Notes under the pieces: model-generated
The model's database searches: none
Seen by the model: only the letters and a program-made list of their open reading frames with translations
Told to the model about the DNA's origin: nothing
Position numbers and translations under genes: made by a program
Shown here: piece after piece, positions 25,006 through 36,422 of the stretch
How the letters are laid out: the number at the start of each line of letters is the position of its first letter
Numbering within the stretch: the first letter of the stretch is position 1
Source: Bacillota bacterium
GTDB lineage: Bacteria; Bacillota; Sulfobacillia; JAJZYS01; JAJZLH01
Length of the DNA: 64,000 nucleotides
Direction: 5' to 3'
Assembly (NCBI GenBank): GCA_021803575.1
Contig: JAJZLH010000065.1
Span: 2,571 to 66,570, forward strand

Positions 25006-26366
25006 TGTTGGAAGCGGTGGTGCTGGCAGCCGGCGAGGGCAAGCGCATGCAGTCGGCGCTGCCCAAGGTGCTGCACCCGGTGCTGGAGGAGCCGATGCTG
25101 GCGCACGTGCTGCGCGCCTTGACCGGGGCTGGGCTGGCACGGCCGCTGGTGGTGGTCGGGCCGGGGGCCGAGGCGGTGGAGGAGGCGTTTTCCGGACAAG
25201 CCGTATTCGCTCGCCAGGACCCGCCCAGAGGGACCGGGGACGCCTTGCGGGTGGCGCTTGACCACCTGGGCGGGGACGGCCCGCTGCTCGTGATCCAGGG
25301 TGACACGCCGCTGTGGCGGCCGGAGACGCTCAGGGCGTTCTTGGCCGACATGGCCGGCAAGGGCTCAGGCCTCGCCTCGGCCGAGGTTGAAGACCCCCGT
25401 GGCTACGGCCGTATCCTGCGTCAGGACGGCCGCTTCCTCGGCATCGTCGAGGAGCGGGACGCCAAGCCGGGGCAGCGGCGGATCCGCGAGGTGAACGCCG
25501 GGCTCTACGTGCTGGACCGCGCCCGGGCCAGAAGCCTGGTGACGAGGCTGAGCACCGCCAACGCTCAGGGTGAGTTCTACCTGACTGACCTGTTCGGGCT
25601 CTTGGCGAAAGGCGAGCCGGTGGAGGTGTGGCGGCTGGCCGACCCCGCCGAGATGCACGGCGTCAACGACCGCCGGCAGCTGGCGGCGGCCAGTGCCATC
25701 CTGCGGCAGAGGGTGGTGGAGTACTGGCTGGACCACGCTGTCAGCATCTGTGACCCGGCTACCACCTGGATCGGGGCCGCGGTGGAGATGGAGGCAGATG
25801 TGGTGGTCGACCCCGGCGCCAGAATCCTCGGTCACAGCCGGATCGGCCGGGCCAGCCGGATCGGCCCCATGAGCGAGGTGACCGACGCGGTGATCGGCCA
25901 CTCCTGCCGCATCCACAGCTCGGTGGTGGAGTCCTCCACCGTGGGCGACCGGGTGACGATCGGCCCCCTGGCCCACCTCCGGGCCGGCTGCGTGGTCGGC
26001 GACGATGTGGAGATCGGGAACTACGCCGAGCTGAAGAACACCCGGATCGGGCCCGGCAGCAAGGCGCACCACCACTGTTACCTGGGTGATGCCGAGATCG
26101 GTTCTGGGGTGAACATTGGCGCCGGCGCCATCACGGTGAACTATGATGGTAGGGCGAAGCACCGGACGCTGATCGGAGACGGCGCCTTCATCGGTTGCAA
26201 CGCCAACCTGATTGCGCCGGTGACGATTGGGGCCCACGCCTATGTGGCGGCCGGCTCGACCGTGACCCAGACCGTCCCGGCCAGCGCCCTGGCCGTGGCC
26301 AGAGAGCGCCAGCGCAACATCGAAGGCTGGGCCGACCGCCGATCGGGAAGCCGCAAGGAGGAGTGA
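25005..26366 (+). CDS. glmU: bifunctional UDP-GlcNAc pyrophosphorylase / GlcN-1-P acetyltransferase
   Basis: VVLAAGEGKRMQSALPKVLH N-terminal NTP-transferase loop; C-terminal left-handed beta-helix hexapeptide repeats; 453 aa. Confidence 0.95.
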   Translation: MLEAVVLAAGEGKRMQSALPKVLHPVLEEPMLAHVLRALTGAGLARPLVVVGPGAEAVEEAFSGQAVFARQDPPRGTGDALRVALDHLGGDGPLLVIQGDTPLWRPETLRAFLADMAGKGSGLASAEVEDPRGYGRILRQDGRFLGIVEERDAKPGQRRIREVNAGLYVLDRARARSLVTRLSTANAQGEFYLTDLFGLLAKGEPVEVWRLADPAEMHGVNDRRQLAAASAILRQRVVEYWLDHAVSICDPATTWIGAAVEMEADVVVDPGARILGHSRIGRASRIGPMSEVTDAVIGHSCRIHSSVVESSTVGDRVTIGPLAHLRAGCVVGDDVEIGNYAELKNTRIGPGSKAHHHCYLGDAEIGSGVNIGAGAITVNYDGRAKHRTLIGDGAFIGCNANLIAPVTIGAHAYVAAGSTVTQTVPASALAVARERQRNIEGWADRRSGSRKEE

Positions 26367-26368
26367 GG

Positions 26369-27310
26369 GTGGCCCTGGCCCACGGCGACCTGAAGATTTT
26401 CACAGGTTCGGCCAACACCAAACTGGCTGAGTCCATGGTGCGCCATCTTGGCACCCGGCTCGGCGAATGCCTGGTCGGCCGCTTCACCAACGGCGAAGTC
26501 CGGGTCATGCTGCAGGAGAATATCCGCGGCGCTGACGTGTTTCTGGTACAGCCCTTGTGCCACCCGGTCAACGAGAACCTGATGGAACTCCTGGTGATGC
26601 TCGACGCCTGCCGGCGGGCTTCGGCCAGGCGGCTGACGGCTGTGGTGCCTTACTACGCCTATGCCCGCCAGGACCGCAAGGCCCGCGGCCGGGAGCCGAT
26701 CTCAGCCAAGCTGGTGGCCAATCTGTTGGTCACGGCCGGGGCCGACCGGGTCCTGACCATGGACCTGCACGCCCCCCAGATCCAGGGATTTTTCGACATC
26801 CCGCTCGATCACCTGAAGGCGGCCCCGATCCTGGCCGCCTACCTTAAGCAGCGCGACCTGTCCGACGCCGTGGTGGTGGCCCCGGACGCCGGGTCCGGGA
26901 ACCGGGCCCGGGAGATGGCCGAGATCCTGGACGTGCCGATCGGCTTCATCGACAAGCGCCGCACCGAACCGGGCAAGAGCGAAGTGATGAACATCATCGG
27001 TGAGGTGGAAGGCCGCACCGCCCTCATGATCGAGGATATGATCGACTCAGGCGGTACCATCCTGGAGTCGGCGCACGCGCTCTTGGAGCGGGGCGCCAAG
27101 GCGGTGGTGGTGGCCTGCACCCATCCCGTGCTGTCCGGGCCCGGCCTGGAGCGGGTCATGCAGGGGCCGTTCGCCGAAGTGATCGTCACCGACTCGATCC
27201 CGCTGCCGATCGAGCCGCCGGAGCGGATCAAGGTGCTGTCGGTGGCGCCGCTGCTGGGGGACGCCCTCTGGCGCATCCACCAGGACCTGTCGGTCAGCGA
27301 ACTGTTCTAG
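26369..27310 (+). CDS. prs: ribose-phosphate pyrophosphokinase
   Basis: GTG at 26369 after AAGGAGGAG; LKIFTGSANTKLAE...RFTNGEVRV...VVAPDAGSGNRAREMAE...EDMIDSGGT are Prs signatures. The track ORF start inside glmU is an artefact. Confidence 0.95.
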   Translation: MALAHGDLKIFTGSANTKLAESMVRHLGTRLGECLVGRFTNGEVRVMLQENIRGADVFLVQPLCHPVNENLMELLVMLDACRRASARRLTAVVPYYAYARQDRKARGREPISAKLVANLLVTAGADRVLTMDLHAPQIQGFFDIPLDHLKAAPILAAYLKQRDLSDAVVVAPDAGSGNRAREMAEILDVPIGFIDKRRTEPGKSEVMNIIGEVEGRTALMIEDMIDSGGTILESAHALLERGAKAVVVACTHPVLSGPGLERVMQGPFAEVIVTDSIPLPIEPPERIKVLSVAPLLGDALWRIHQDLSVSELF

Positions 27311-27330
27311 GAGAAATCGGCTTTCCGAGT

Positions 27331-27990
27331 ATGAAGGAGGAGACAGGGATGGCGGAGAGACACACAGGACACACCCAGATCGATTGTGAGGCCAGGGATA
27401 CCGGCAGCGCCGCTGCCAGGCGGCTGCGCCGGGCAGGCCTCATACCGGCGGTCGTGTACGGCGGCAAGGGGGAGTCGGTGGCGGTGGCGGTGGAGTCGGC
27501 CAGCCTGAACAAGGCGCTGGCCGCCCACACCGGTCCGGTGCTGGAGGCCACCCTGCCCGGGGGCGACAAGGCCCGGCTGCTCGTGCGCGAGGTCTTCCGC
27601 TACCCTTTGGACGGCCGCATCTGGCACGTCGACTTTCAGCGCGTGCTGGCCGGGCAGACCATCCGTTCGGACGTCTCGGTGGCACTGGACGACGAGTCTG
27701 TGATCATCAAGAAGGGCCTGATCCCGTCCTGGAGCCTGACCCACGTCCACATCGAGGCCGCGCCGGACGCCTTGCCGGAGGCGCTGCACATCTCGGCGCT
27801 GGAGCTGGAGTTCGGCTCGCACGTCACGGCAGGGGACATCCCGATGCCGGCCGGTGTCAAGCTCTTGACGGCGCCTGACACGCTGGTCCTGAGCGTGGTG
27901 GCGCCGAGGGTTGAGGCTGAGCCGGTGGCCGAGCCGGCGGCCCAGGCGCCTGAGGAGGAAGCGGCCGAGACGCCGGATGAGGGAAACTAG
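27331..27990 (+). CDS. rplY: ribosomal protein L25 / general stress protein Ctc
   Basis: RRLRRAGLIPAVVYG...LLVREVFRYPLDGRIWHVDFQRV is the L25/Ctc N-domain; an acidic C-terminal extension as in Ctc-type proteins. Confidence 0.85.
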   Translation: MKEETGMAERHTGHTQIDCEARDTGSAAARRLRRAGLIPAVVYGGKGESVAVAVESASLNKALAAHTGPVLEATLPGGDKARLLVREVFRYPLDGRIWHVDFQRVLAGQTIRSDVSVALDDESVIIKKGLIPSWSLTHVHIEAAPDALPEALHISALELEFGSHVTAGDIPMPAGVKLLTAPDTLVLSVVAPRVEAEPVAEPAAQAPEEEAAETPDEGN

Positions 27991-28558
27991 GCTCGTCGTC
28001 GGCCTGGGCAACCCAGGCCTGTTCTACCGAGGCACCAGGCACAACCTCGGATTTGTGGTGGTGGAGGCACTGGCTGCCCGCCACCGGGCCGGCTTTCGCC
28101 GCCGTGCCTACAACGGCCGCTTCACCACCATCAGGGTGGGCGGCCGCGAGGTGGCGCTGCTCCTGCCCCAGACCTTCATGAACATGTCAGGCGACGCCGT
28201 GCGTCTGGCGGCGGCGGCGCTGTCAGTGGCCCCGGAAGAGGTGGTGGTGGTGATGGACGACATCGACCTGCCGCCCGGCGCCCTGCGCCTGAGAGCGGCC
28301 GGATCGGCCGGTGGCCACAACGGGCTGGAGTCGATCATCCAGGCACTGGGCAGTGACCGGGTGCCACGCCTGCGCGTCGGCATCGGCAGACCGACCGATC
28401 AGATGGTGGTGGAGTGGGTGCTGGGCTACCCGTCGGCAGCCGACCGCCAGCGGCTCCATCGGGCGGTGCCGAAGGCGGTGGCGGTGCTGGACACCTTGAT
28501 CGCAGGCGGACTTGAGGCCGGTCAGCGCCTGGCTACGGAGAGCAGCCAGGAGGAATGA
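27977..28558 (+). CDS. pth: peptidyl-tRNA hydrolase
   Basis: LVVGLGNPGLFYRGTRHNLGF...GGHNGLESI...RLRVGIGRP are Pth motifs; internal ATG 27977 chosen (the Arg-rich upstream extension is implausible). Confidence 0.9.
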   Translation: MRETRLVVGLGNPGLFYRGTRHNLGFVVVEALAARHRAGFRRRAYNGRFTTIRVGGREVALLLPQTFMNMSGDAVRLAAAALSVAPEEVVVVMDDIDLPPGALRLRAAGSAGGHNGLESIIQALGSDRVPRLRVGIGRPTDQMVVEWVLGYPSAADRQRLHRAVPKAVAVLDTLIAGGLEAGQRLATESSQEE

Positions 28559-31500
28559 AGGGCAACCGGCTGCCTGATCTCTTGGGGGCGGTGGCCAGCT
28601 GGCCGGAGGTGGCTGAACTCGCCGCCTCCCTAGAGCGGCCGGGCCGGCCCCAGACCCTGGTGGGCCTCAGTGGGTCTGCGCTGCGCCTCATCACCGCAGC
28701 CCTGGCCCGCTCCGGCCCGCGCACGGTGCTGGTGGTGGTGCCAGGCGAGGCCCAGGCAGACGAGGTCCGTCAGGACCTGGAAAGCCTTGGTCTGGCCGAT
28801 GCCGTGATCTTCCCGCCGCACCCGGTGCTGCCCTATGAGGTGCTGGCCGAGAGCCGCCACGCCCAGGACCGGCGCATCGCCGTGCTCAGCCGGCTGGCCC
28901 AGGGCGGCCCATCGGTGATCGTGGCGCCCTTGGAAGCGGTGGCCGGGCGCATGATGCCACAGGCTATCTGGCGGGATCACATGCTGTCGCTCAGCCGCCA
29001 CCATGAGGTCGACCTCGGGGCCCTGATCCGGCGGCTGGGGACGCTCGGCTACGAGCGGGTCAGCCGGGCGGAGGCCACGGGCCAGATGGCCGTGCGCGGC
29101 GGCATCATCGACCTCATCGATCCCGCGGCGGGACCGCTCCGGCTGGAGTTCGACGGCGAACGCCTGGAGTCGGTGCACCGCTTCGAGATCAGTTCGCAGC
29201 GCTCGACGGTGTCGCTGTTGGAGGTAGAGATCGTCCCCGCCGATGAGGTGGTGGTGGGCCAGGCCGAGGCGGCGCGTGGCCTCAGCCGCATCCGGCGGGA
29301 TCTGGCAGAGCGCACAGCTGCGCTCCGGGCGACCGGCCGGGCGCAGGCGGCGGCCCACCTCAGCGAACGGATCGGCCACCTGATGGAGAGCTGGCAGGGA
29401 GCCCCTACCGGCCGTTCCGCCGCCCGTTTTCTGCCCTACTGGTACCCGCCCGCCACCCTGATTGACGCCCTGCCGGACGATGCCCTGGTGGTGCTGGAAG
29501 AGGCAGACCGCCTGCCCCAGACCGGCGAGCACCTGGAGCGGGAGGCGGCGCACCGGACGGAGGCGCTCCTGGCCGAGGGCAGCCTCCTGCCAGCCCAGGG
29601 CGAGATCCTGGTCTCCTACCACGCCCTGGAGCAGGCGATGCGGACCAGGGCGCTTCTCGCCTGCCAGCAGCTGTTCCATCGAGCCCATGGCGGGGCGGTG
29701 CGGGCGATCGAGATGCGGTCCGGCGAGCGCTACGGCGGTCGGTGGGAGTTGGTGCTCGAGACGTTGGCCCGGGCACAGCGCGACCAGGAGGCCGTGCTGA
29801 TCATCGCGGCGACGGCGGAGCGGCTGGAGATGACCCGCGCCCGGCTGGAAGACGCCGACATGGCCGTGGCGGTGGCTGAGGGGGCCTTCTTGCCGCCGCC
29901 CGGGAAGGTCGGCGCCTTTCTGGGCACGCTGTCCCAGGGCTTCCTCCTGCCCGGCTTGCACCTGCGCGTCCTCACCGACAGCGAACTGTTCGGCAGCGAG
30001 CGCCGGGCCCGCCGCCGGCTGCCGGCGGCTGCCGGCGAGCAGATCACCTCGCCCTTGCAGCTGCGCCAGGGAGACTACGTGGTGCACGTCCAGCACGGGA
30101 TCGGCCGCTACCTGGGGCTAACCGCCATGGTGGCCGGGGGCGTCAAGCGCGACTACCTGATCGTGGCCTACGCCGACGGCGACCGGCTGTATGTGCCAAC
30201 CGACCAGATCCGCCTGGTCCACCGCTACGTCGGTCAGGAGGGGCGGGAGCCCCGCATCTACCGTCTGGGCGGCGCCGACTGGGAGCGGGTCAAGACCCGG
30301 GTCAAGGCATCGGTGCAGGCGATGGCCGAGGACCTCCTTCGCCAGCAGGCGCTCCGGCAGGCGGCCCAGGGACTGCGGTGCGGCGCCGACACGCCCTGGC
30401 AGCGCGCCCTGGAGGAGAGCTTTGCCTACGAGGAGACCCGCGACCAGGTGCGGGCCATGGCTGAGATCACCGCTGACCTGGAGAGCGGGCGGCCGATGGA
30501 TCGCCTGTTGCTGGCCGACGTCGGCTATGGCAAGACCGAGCTGGCGATCCGGGCCGCCCTGAAAGTGGTGGCGGAAGGCGCCCAGGTGGCAGTGCTGGTG
30601 CCGACCACCATCCTCGCCCAGCAACACTTCCAGACCTTCAGCGAGCGGCTGGGGTCCTTGCCGGTGTCGGTGGACGTGCTGTCCCGATTCCGCGGCGCCG
30701 CCGAGCAGCGGGCCACCCTCAGGCGCCTGGCCAGCGGACAGCTGGATGTGATCATCGGCACGCATCGCCTGCTCAGCCGGGATGTCACCTTTCACCGGCT
30801 GGGTCTGATCGTGGTCGACGAAGAGCAGCGCTTCGGCGTCGGCGACAAGGAACGGCTGAAGGCGCTCAAGGCAGGCGTGCACGTCCTGACCCTGACCGCC
30901 ACGCCTATCCCGCGCACCCTGCAGATGGGGTTTTTCGGGCTGCGGGACATCTCCCGCATCGACACACCGCCGGAGGACCGGCGGCCAGTGGAGACGGTGG
31001 TGGCCGAGTTCGATGCCGATCTGGTGCGCGACGCCATCTACCGTGAGCTTGACCGCGGCGGGCAGGTCTTCTACGTGCACAACCGGGTGGAGAGCATCGG
31101 CGCGGCACTGGGCCGCCTCACGGCCCTCACCCCGGAAGCGAGGGTGATGCTGGCGCACGGGCGGATGGGCGAGGGCGAGCTGGAGGAGACAATGATGGCC
31201 TTTCAGAACGGCGACGCCGACGTGCTCCTGGCCACCACCATCGTCGAGTCCGGACTGGACATCCCGAACGTCAACACCCTGATCGTGGAGGACGCCGACC
31301 GGCTGGGCCTCGGTCAGATGTACCAGCTCAGGGGCCGCATCGGCCGCTCCCACCGCCAGGCCTTCGCCTACTTCACCTACCGCACGCACCGTGCCCTGAG
31401 TGAGGAGTCAGAAAAGCGCCTGCGTGCCATGCGCGAGTTCACGGAGCTGGGCGCCGGCTTCCAGATCGCCCTGCGCGATCTGGAGATCCGCGGCGCCGGC

Positions 31501-32079
31501 AACATCCTGGGGCCAGAACAGCACGGATTCATGCTGGACGTGGGGCTCGACCTGTACAGCGAACTGCTCAAGGAGGCGGTGCGGTCTTTGGCCGGACAGG
31601 AGGCCGAGGAGCGCCCCGTGCCTGTGATCGAGCTGCCGGTCGACGCCTACATTCCCGACCAGCTGGTGCCGGACGGCCGGGAGAAGGTGGCGCTCTACCG
31701 GCGTCTGGCCGGCTGTGACAGTGAGGCGGTGGTGGACGATCTGGAGGCGGAAATTCATGAGCGCTTCGGCGAGCCGCCGCCGCCGGTGCTGGCGCTCCTG
31801 GCGGTGGCCAGGCTCAGGATCCGGGCCAGCCTGCTCGGCCTCAGGGCCATCCGCCTGGTCGGGGCGGGCGTGCGCATCGAGGTCGGGCCCACGCCGCGCC
31901 TGGACCCCCTGCGCGTGGTGGGCCTGGCGGTGGACTTCAAGGGGCGGATCAGCGTGCATGAGGGCAAGGAACCGCACATCTCGCTTCGGCCCCAGGCCCA
32001 AGAGGGCCCGGCGCTCTTGGCCGAGGTGGGGCGGGTGCTGGAGTTCCTGGCCGGGAAGCCTGCCATGGACCACGCCTGA
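28555..32079 (+). CDS. mfd: transcription-repair coupling factor Mfd
   Basis: 1174 aa. UvrB-homology N-terminus; RNAP-interaction domain; superfamily-2 helicase motifs ([53 protein letters not shown]); TRG motif. Confidence 0.95.
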   Translation: MKGNRLPDLLGAVASWPEVAELAASLERPGRPQTLVGLSGSALRLITAALARSGPRTVLVVVPGEAQADEVRQDLESLGLADAVIFPPHPVLPYEVLAESRHAQDRRIAVLSRLAQGGPSVIVAPLEAVAGRMMPQAIWRDHMLSLSRHHEVDLGALIRRLGTLGYERVSRAEATGQMAVRGGIIDLIDPAAGPLRLEFDGERLESVHRFEISSQRSTVSLLEVEIVPADEVVVGQAEAARGLSRIRRDLAERTAALRATGRAQAAAHLSERIGHLMESWQGAPTGRSAARFLPYWYPPATLIDALPDDALVVLEEADRLPQTGEHLEREAAHRTEALLAEGSLLPAQGEILVSYHALEQAMRTRALLACQQLFHRAHGGAVRAIEMRSGERYGGRWELVLETLARAQRDQEAVLIIAATAERLEMTRARLEDADMAVAVAEGAFLPPPGKVGAFLGTLSQGFLLPGLHLRVLTDSELFGSERRARRRLPAAAGEQITSPLQLRQGDYVVHVQHGIGRYLGLTAMVAGGVKRDYLIVAYADGDRLYVPTDQIRLVHRYVGQEGREPRIYRLGGADWERVKTRVKASVQAMAEDLLRQQALRQAAQGLRCGADTPWQRALEESFAYEETRDQVRAMAEITADLESGRPMDRLLLADVGYGKTELAIRAALKVVAEGAQVAVLVPTTILAQQHFQTFSERLGSLPVSVDVLSRFRGAAEQRATLRRLASGQLDVIIGTHRLLSRDVTFHRLGLIVVDEEQRFGVGDKERLKALKAGVHVLTLTATPIPRTLQMGFFGLRDISRIDTPPEDRRPVETVVAEFDADLVRDAIYRELDRGGQVFYVHNRVESIGAALGRLTALTPEARVMLAHGRMGEGELEETMMAFQNGDADVLLATTIVESGLDIPNVNTLIVEDADRLGLGQMYQLRGRIGRSHRQAFAYFTYRTHRALSEESEKRLRAMREFTELGAGFQIALRDLEIRGAGNILGPEQHGFMLDVGLDLYSELLKEAVRSLAGQEAEERPVPVIELPVDAYIPDQLVPDGREKVALYRRLAGCDSEAVVDDLEAEIHERFGEPPPPVLALLAVARLRIRASLLGLRAIRLVGAGVRIEVGPTPRLDPLRVVGLAVDFKGRISVHEGKEPHISLRPQAQEGPALLAEVGRVLEFLAGKPAMDHA

Positions 32080-32100
32080 GCGCTTTGTGCGCTGGCGGCG

Positions 32101-32517
32101 TTGTGCTACACTCCGGCTGGATCAAGGCCTGCCACGGGCGAGGTGGGAACCCTGTTAGCACTCTACCTTCCCATCGTGATTTACTTCACGATTTCCCTGC
32201 TGGTGTGCATCGGCATCATGGGCGCCTCCCACGTCATCGGCCGGCCGAGGCGCCGGCAGTCGGCCGCCAAGCTGGCTCCCTACGAGTCAGGGATCGTGCC
32301 CAAGGCGCAGCTCGGACCGAGGTTCTCGATCAAGTTCTACCTGGTGGCCATGCTCTTTCTGATCTTCGACGTGGAGGCCGTGTCGTTCTACCCGTGGGCC
32401 GTCCTGATGCGGCAGCTCCGGCTGTACGGACTTTTGGAGATGGGCCTGTTCATCGTGGTGCTGGCCATCGGCTACGCCTATGTCTGGAAGCGGGGGGGAT
32501 TCCAGTGGGATCGCTAG
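32101..32517 (+). CDS. nuoA: NADH-quinone oxidoreductase subunit A
   Basis: Three-TM protein with [25 protein letters not shown], characteristic of NuoA/ND3; start uncertain (possibly the GTG near 32143). Confidence 0.8.
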   Translation: MCYTPAGSRPATGEVGTLLALYLPIVIYFTISLLVCIGIMGASHVIGRPRRRQSAAKLAPYESGIVPKAQLGPRFSIKFYLVAMLFLIFDVEAVSFYPWAVLMRQLRLYGLLEMGLFIVVLAIGYAYVWKRGGFQWDR

Positions 32518-33011
32518 AAGACCGCCCGTTTCTGCTCACGTCGGTGGACCGCATGCTGCGCTGGGCGCAGAAGAATTCGATCTGGCCAGCCCAGTTCGGA
32601 CTCGCCTGCTGCGCCATCGAGATGATGTCGACGGCTGCCGCCCGCTTCGATCTGGCCCGTTTTGGCGCTGAGGTGATGCGGGCCTCGCCCCGGCAGGCCG
32701 ACCTGATGATCGTGGCCGGGCGGGTGGCGCAGAAGATGGCACCGGTCCTGCGCCAGATCTACGACCAGATGCCGGACCCGAAGTGGGTGATCTCGATGGG
32801 CGCCTGCGCCTCCTGCGGCGGCGTGTTCAACAACTACGCCATCCTGCAGGGCGTGGACCGGGTGGTGCCGGTGGACGTGTACGTGCCGGGCTGCCCGCCC
32901 ACGCCGGAGCAGCTTCTGGACGGCATCATCAAGCTGCAGCAGAAGATCACGGCCGGCGGCATCCCAGCCAACCGGGGCCATGCTCTGGCCCAGACGGCAG
33001 GGCGGCCATGA
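32505..33011 (+). CDS. nuoB: NADH-quinone oxidoreductase subunit B (N2 cluster)
   Basis: [22 protein letters not shown]...[17 protein letters not shown]...VPGCPP are NuoB cysteine motifs; start (GTG 32505 or a later ATG) uncertain. Confidence 0.85.
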   Translation: MGSLEDRPFLLTSVDRMLRWAQKNSIWPAQFGLACCAIEMMSTAAARFDLARFGAEVMRASPRQADLMIVAGRVAQKMAPVLRQIYDQMPDPKWVISMGACASCGGVFNNYAILQGVDRVVPVDVYVPGCPPTPEQLLDGIIKLQQKITAGGIPANRGHALAQTAGRP

Positions 33012-33481
33012 CGGCGACCGGCGTGTCGGCTGCCCTCTTGGAGGCCTTTCCCGATGTGCAGGAGGAAGCCGCATCCGGCCACAGCCTCCTGGTGGCGCCG
33101 GTGGAGCGCCTCGTGCCGCTCTTGGAGGCCCTGAAGGGCGACGGCTACACCCTGCTGGTGGATATCGGCATGATCGATCACTGGTCCCAGGGGCGGGTGC
33201 CCAGGTTTGACCTGGTGTACATCCTGAGGCGGCCGAAGAGCGGCGAGGCGGTGTGGGTCAAGGTCAAGGTGGCGGACGGTGAGACGCCACCCAGCGCCAT
33301 CTCCGTCTTCCGAGGCGCCGACTGGCCGGAGCGGGAGATCTACGACCTGTTCGGGATCTCCTTCCAGGGCCACCCCAACATGGCCCGCATCCTGATGCCG
33401 GAGGACTGGGAGGGCCACCCCCTGCGCCGGGACTACCCCCTGGTCGGCACCAAGCCCTCTCCGCCGCTGGCCCGGGAATAG
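33008..33481 (+). CDS. nuoC: NADH-quinone oxidoreductase subunit C (30 kDa)
   Basis: [46 protein letters not shown] is the NuoC signature; ATG overlaps the nuoB stop. Confidence 0.85.
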   Translation: MTATGVSAALLEAFPDVQEEAASGHSLLVAPVERLVPLLEALKGDGYTLLVDIGMIDHWSQGRVPRFDLVYILRRPKSGEAVWVKVKVADGETPPSAISVFRGADWPEREIYDLFGISFQGHPNMARILMPEDWEGHPLRRDYPLVGTKPSPPLARE

Positions 33482-33485
33482 GAGC

Positions 33486-34670
33486 ATGGACGTGGCTGAG
33501 GAGAAACGATCGCTCACCCTGAACATGGGGCCGCAGCACCCGTCGACGCACGGCGTGCTGAGGCTGGTGCTGGAGCTGGACGGCGAGGTGGTGCGGCGCT
33601 GCGAGCCGGTGATCGGCTACCTGCACACCGGCATTGAGAAAACGGCTGAGAACCTGACCTACAACCAGGCAGTGACCGTGATCGACCGCATGGACTACCT
33701 GTCGCCTTTGACCAACAATCTGGCCTACGTGTTGGCTGTGGAGAAGCTCCTGGGCATCACGGTGCCCCCCCGCACCCGCACCATCCGGGTCATGTTCTCC
33801 GAGCTGTCCCGCATCGCCAGCCACCTGGTGTGGCTGGGCACGGCGGCGATGGACATGGGCGCAATGAGCGTCTTCTTCTACTGCTTCAGGGAGCGCGAGA
33901 AGATCCTCGACCTGATCGAGATGACGGCCGGCACCCGCATGAACCCGAGCTACTTCCGGGTTGGCGGTCTGTTGGCGGACCTGCCGGATGGCTTTTCAGA
34001 CAAGCTTGGGGCCCTCTTGGATGAGTTCCCGACCTGGCTCCAGAACTACCGTGACCTCCTGGGCAGCAACCTGCTCTGGGTGGAGAGATTGCGCGGAGCG
34101 GCGGTGATCTCCAAGGAGGACGCCCTGGCCTACGGGCTGACCGGCCAGACCTTGCGCTCCACCGGGGTCGACCTCGACCTCAGAAAGGCCCAGCCCTACT
34201 CCGGGTATGAGGACTTCACCTTCAACGTGCCGGTGCGCCAGCATGGCGATGCTTACGACCGCTACGAGCTGCGCCTGGAGGAGATGGTGGAGAGCGCCGG
34301 CATCGTGCGCCAGGCCATCGAGCGGCTGCCGGACGGACCATGGCACATCGACGACTGGCGGATCTTCCCGCCGGACAAGCACCAGCACGTGGAGCGGGAC
34401 ATGGAGGCCTTGATCTACCACTTCAAGCTCTTCACCCAGGGGTTCAAGGTGCCGCCCGGGGAGGCCTACCAAGGTGTGGAGGGCCCCCGCGGCGAGATCG
34501 GCTGCTACGTCGTGGCCGACGGCACGGCGCGGCCGATGCGGGTCAGGGTGCGGGCACCGTCCTTCTACAACCTGCAGTCCTTGCCGCTGATGGTGAAGGA
34601 CCGGCTGATCGCCGACCTGATCACCGCCATTGGCTCCATCGACATCGTGTTGGGAGATGTGGATAGATGA
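33486..34670 (+). CDS. nuoD: NADH-quinone oxidoreductase subunit D (49 kDa)
   Basis: LNMGPQHPSTHGVLRLVLELDGE...RIASHLVWLGT...GPRGEIGCYVVADG are NuoD motifs. Confidence 0.95.
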   Translation: MDVAEEKRSLTLNMGPQHPSTHGVLRLVLELDGEVVRRCEPVIGYLHTGIEKTAENLTYNQAVTVIDRMDYLSPLTNNLAYVLAVEKLLGITVPPRTRTIRVMFSELSRIASHLVWLGTAAMDMGAMSVFFYCFREREKILDLIEMTAGTRMNPSYFRVGGLLADLPDGFSDKLGALLDEFPTWLQNYRDLLGSNLLWVERLRGAAVISKEDALAYGLTGQTLRSTGVDLDLRKAQPYSGYEDFTFNVPVRQHGDAYDRYELRLEEMVESAGIVRQAIERLPDGPWHIDDWRIFPPDKHQHVERDMEALIYHFKLFTQGFKVPPGEAYQGVEGPRGEIGCYVVADGTARPMRVRVRAPSFYNLQSLPLMVKDRLIADLITAIGSIDIVLGDVDR

Positions 34671-35158
34671 CAGAGGCCCTCAGGCACCAGTGTGAGGCGA
34701 TCAAGCGGGCATACCCGGACGCCGACTCCGCACTGATCCCCATCCTGCACGCCTTGCAGGACGCCTACGGGTCGATCACCCCCGAGGCGGTGGAGGACGC
34801 TGCCCAGCTGATGAATCTCTCACCGGCCCAGGTGGAGGGTGTCACCTCCTTCTACACCCTGTTCCATCGCCAGCCGCACGGGCGCTTTCACCTCCAGGTC
34901 TGTGACAACCTGTCCTGCCGCCTTCGGGGCAGCGACCAGCTCCTGGCGCACCTGGCCGAGCGGTGGCACCTGGAGCCGGGAGCTCCCAGCCGGGACGGGC
35001 TCTTCTCGCTGGAGCGGGTGGAGTGCCTGGCCGCCTGTGGCTATGCCCCGGCGGCCCAGATCAACCTGCGTTACTATTACCGCCTGACACCGGAGAAGGC
35101 TGACCGGCTGTTGGCGGAGCTTGAGGACGGGAAGGAGGCCAGCGGTGAGCGAGTGTAG
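34667..35158 (+). CDS. nuoE: NADH-quinone oxidoreductase subunit E (24 kDa, 2Fe-2S)
   Basis: Thioredoxin-like fold with cysteine pattern VCDNLSC...ERVECLAACGYAP. Confidence 0.9.
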   Translation: MTEALRHQCEAIKRAYPDADSALIPILHALQDAYGSITPEAVEDAAQLMNLSPAQVEGVTSFYTLFHRQPHGRFHLQVCDNLSCRLRGSDQLLAHLAERWHLEPGAPSRDGLFSLERVECLAACGYAPAAQINLRYYYRLTPEKADRLLAELEDGKEASGERV

Positions 35159-36422
35159 GGTCCTGCTCGCCAACGCCGACGTGGAGGGCATCGAGAGACT
35201 GCCCGTCTATGAGGCGCACGGCGGCTACCGGACGCTCAGAAAGGGCCTGACCGAGATGACGGCGGCCGACGTCGCCAAGGAGGTTCTGGACTCCGGGCTG
35301 CGCGGCCGCGGCGGTGCCGGCTTTCCCACCGGCCGGAAGTGGAGCTTCCTGCCCAACGACGGCCGGCCCCGCATCCTGGTCTGCAACGCCGATGAGGGCG
35401 AGCCGGGCACCTTCAAGGACCACTATCTGATCCACCGCCTGCCCCACCTCCTGCTCGAGGGCATGATCCTCTCCGCCTACGCCATCGGAGCGGGGCGAGC
35501 CTTCATCTACCTGCGCGGCGAGTTTCTGCAGGGCTACGAACTGCTGGAGGCGGCGATGGCGGAGGCCCACGAGGCGGGGTATCTGGGCGAGCACATCCTG
35601 GGCACGGACTACTCGCTGGACCTTTGCCTCTACCGCGGTGCCGGCGCCTACATCTGCGGCGAGGAGACGGCGCTGCTCGACTCCCTGGAAGGCAAGCGCG
35701 GCATCCCCCGCATGAAACCGCCCTTTCCGGCCACAGCCGGCCTCTATGGTCTGCCCACGGTTGTGAACAACGTGGAGACCCTGGCGGCGGTGGTGCCGAT
35801 CGTGGCCGAGGGAGCCCAGTGGTATCGCACCATGGGCACCGAGAAGAGCCCCGGCACCAAGATCTACTCGATGTCAGGATGCCTCGAGCGGCCCGGCAAC
35901 TACGAGTTCCCGATGGGGACGCCGCTCAGCGAACTGATCGAGGCGGCGGGCGGTCTGTTGCCGGGCCGCCGCTTCAAGGCAGTGGTGCCCGGCGGCGCCT
36001 CTGCCGCCTATCTGACCGGCGACCACATCGACATCGCCATGGACTATGATTCACTGGCCGCCGCTGGCACCATGCTCGGCTCCGGCGGTGTGATCGTGCT
36101 CGACGACTCGGTCTGCATCGTCTCCTTCACCGAGCGGGCGATTGAGTTCTTCCGCCACGAGTCCTGCGGCAAGTGCTCGCCGTGCCGGGAGGGCACCTTG
36201 TGGATGAGTCAGGTGCTGGGCCGGCTGGAACGGGGAGAGGGCAGCGAGGCCGACCTGGATCTGCTCCTCGACCTGACCGACAACATCGCCGGCCGCACCT
36301 TCTGCGCCTTCGGCGACGCGGCGGTGGCCATGGTGGCGTCCAGCGTGCGCATGTTCCGCGACGAGTACCTTGAACATTTCGCGCAGCAGGGATGCCCGTT
36401 GGAGAAGGAGCGTGTCGGATGA
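35121..36422 (+). CDS. nuoF: NADH-quinone oxidoreductase subunit F (51 kDa, FMN/NADH, 4Fe-4S)
   Basis: GRGGAGFPTGRKW; NADEGEPGTFKD; CGKCSPCREG cluster motif. True start probably a GTG a few codons downstream, overlapping the nuoE end. Confidence 0.9.
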   Translation: MRTGRRPAVSECRVLLANADVEGIERLPVYEAHGGYRTLRKGLTEMTAADVAKEVLDSGLRGRGGAGFPTGRKWSFLPNDGRPRILVCNADEGEPGTFKDHYLIHRLPHLLLEGMILSAYAIGAGRAFIYLRGEFLQGYELLEAAMAEAHEAGYLGEHILGTDYSLDLCLYRGAGAYICGEETALLDSLEGKRGIPRMKPPFPATAGLYGLPTVVNNVETLAAVVPIVAEGAQWYRTMGTEKSPGTKIYSMSGCLERPGNYEFPMGTPLSELIEAAGGLLPGRRFKAVVPGGASAAYLTGDHIDIAMDYDSLAAAGTMLGSGGVIVLDDSVCIVSFTERAIEFFRHESCGKCSPCREGTLWMSQVLGRLERGEGSEADLDLLLDLTDNIAGRTFCAFGDAAVAMVASSVRMFRDEYLEHFAQQGCPLEKERVG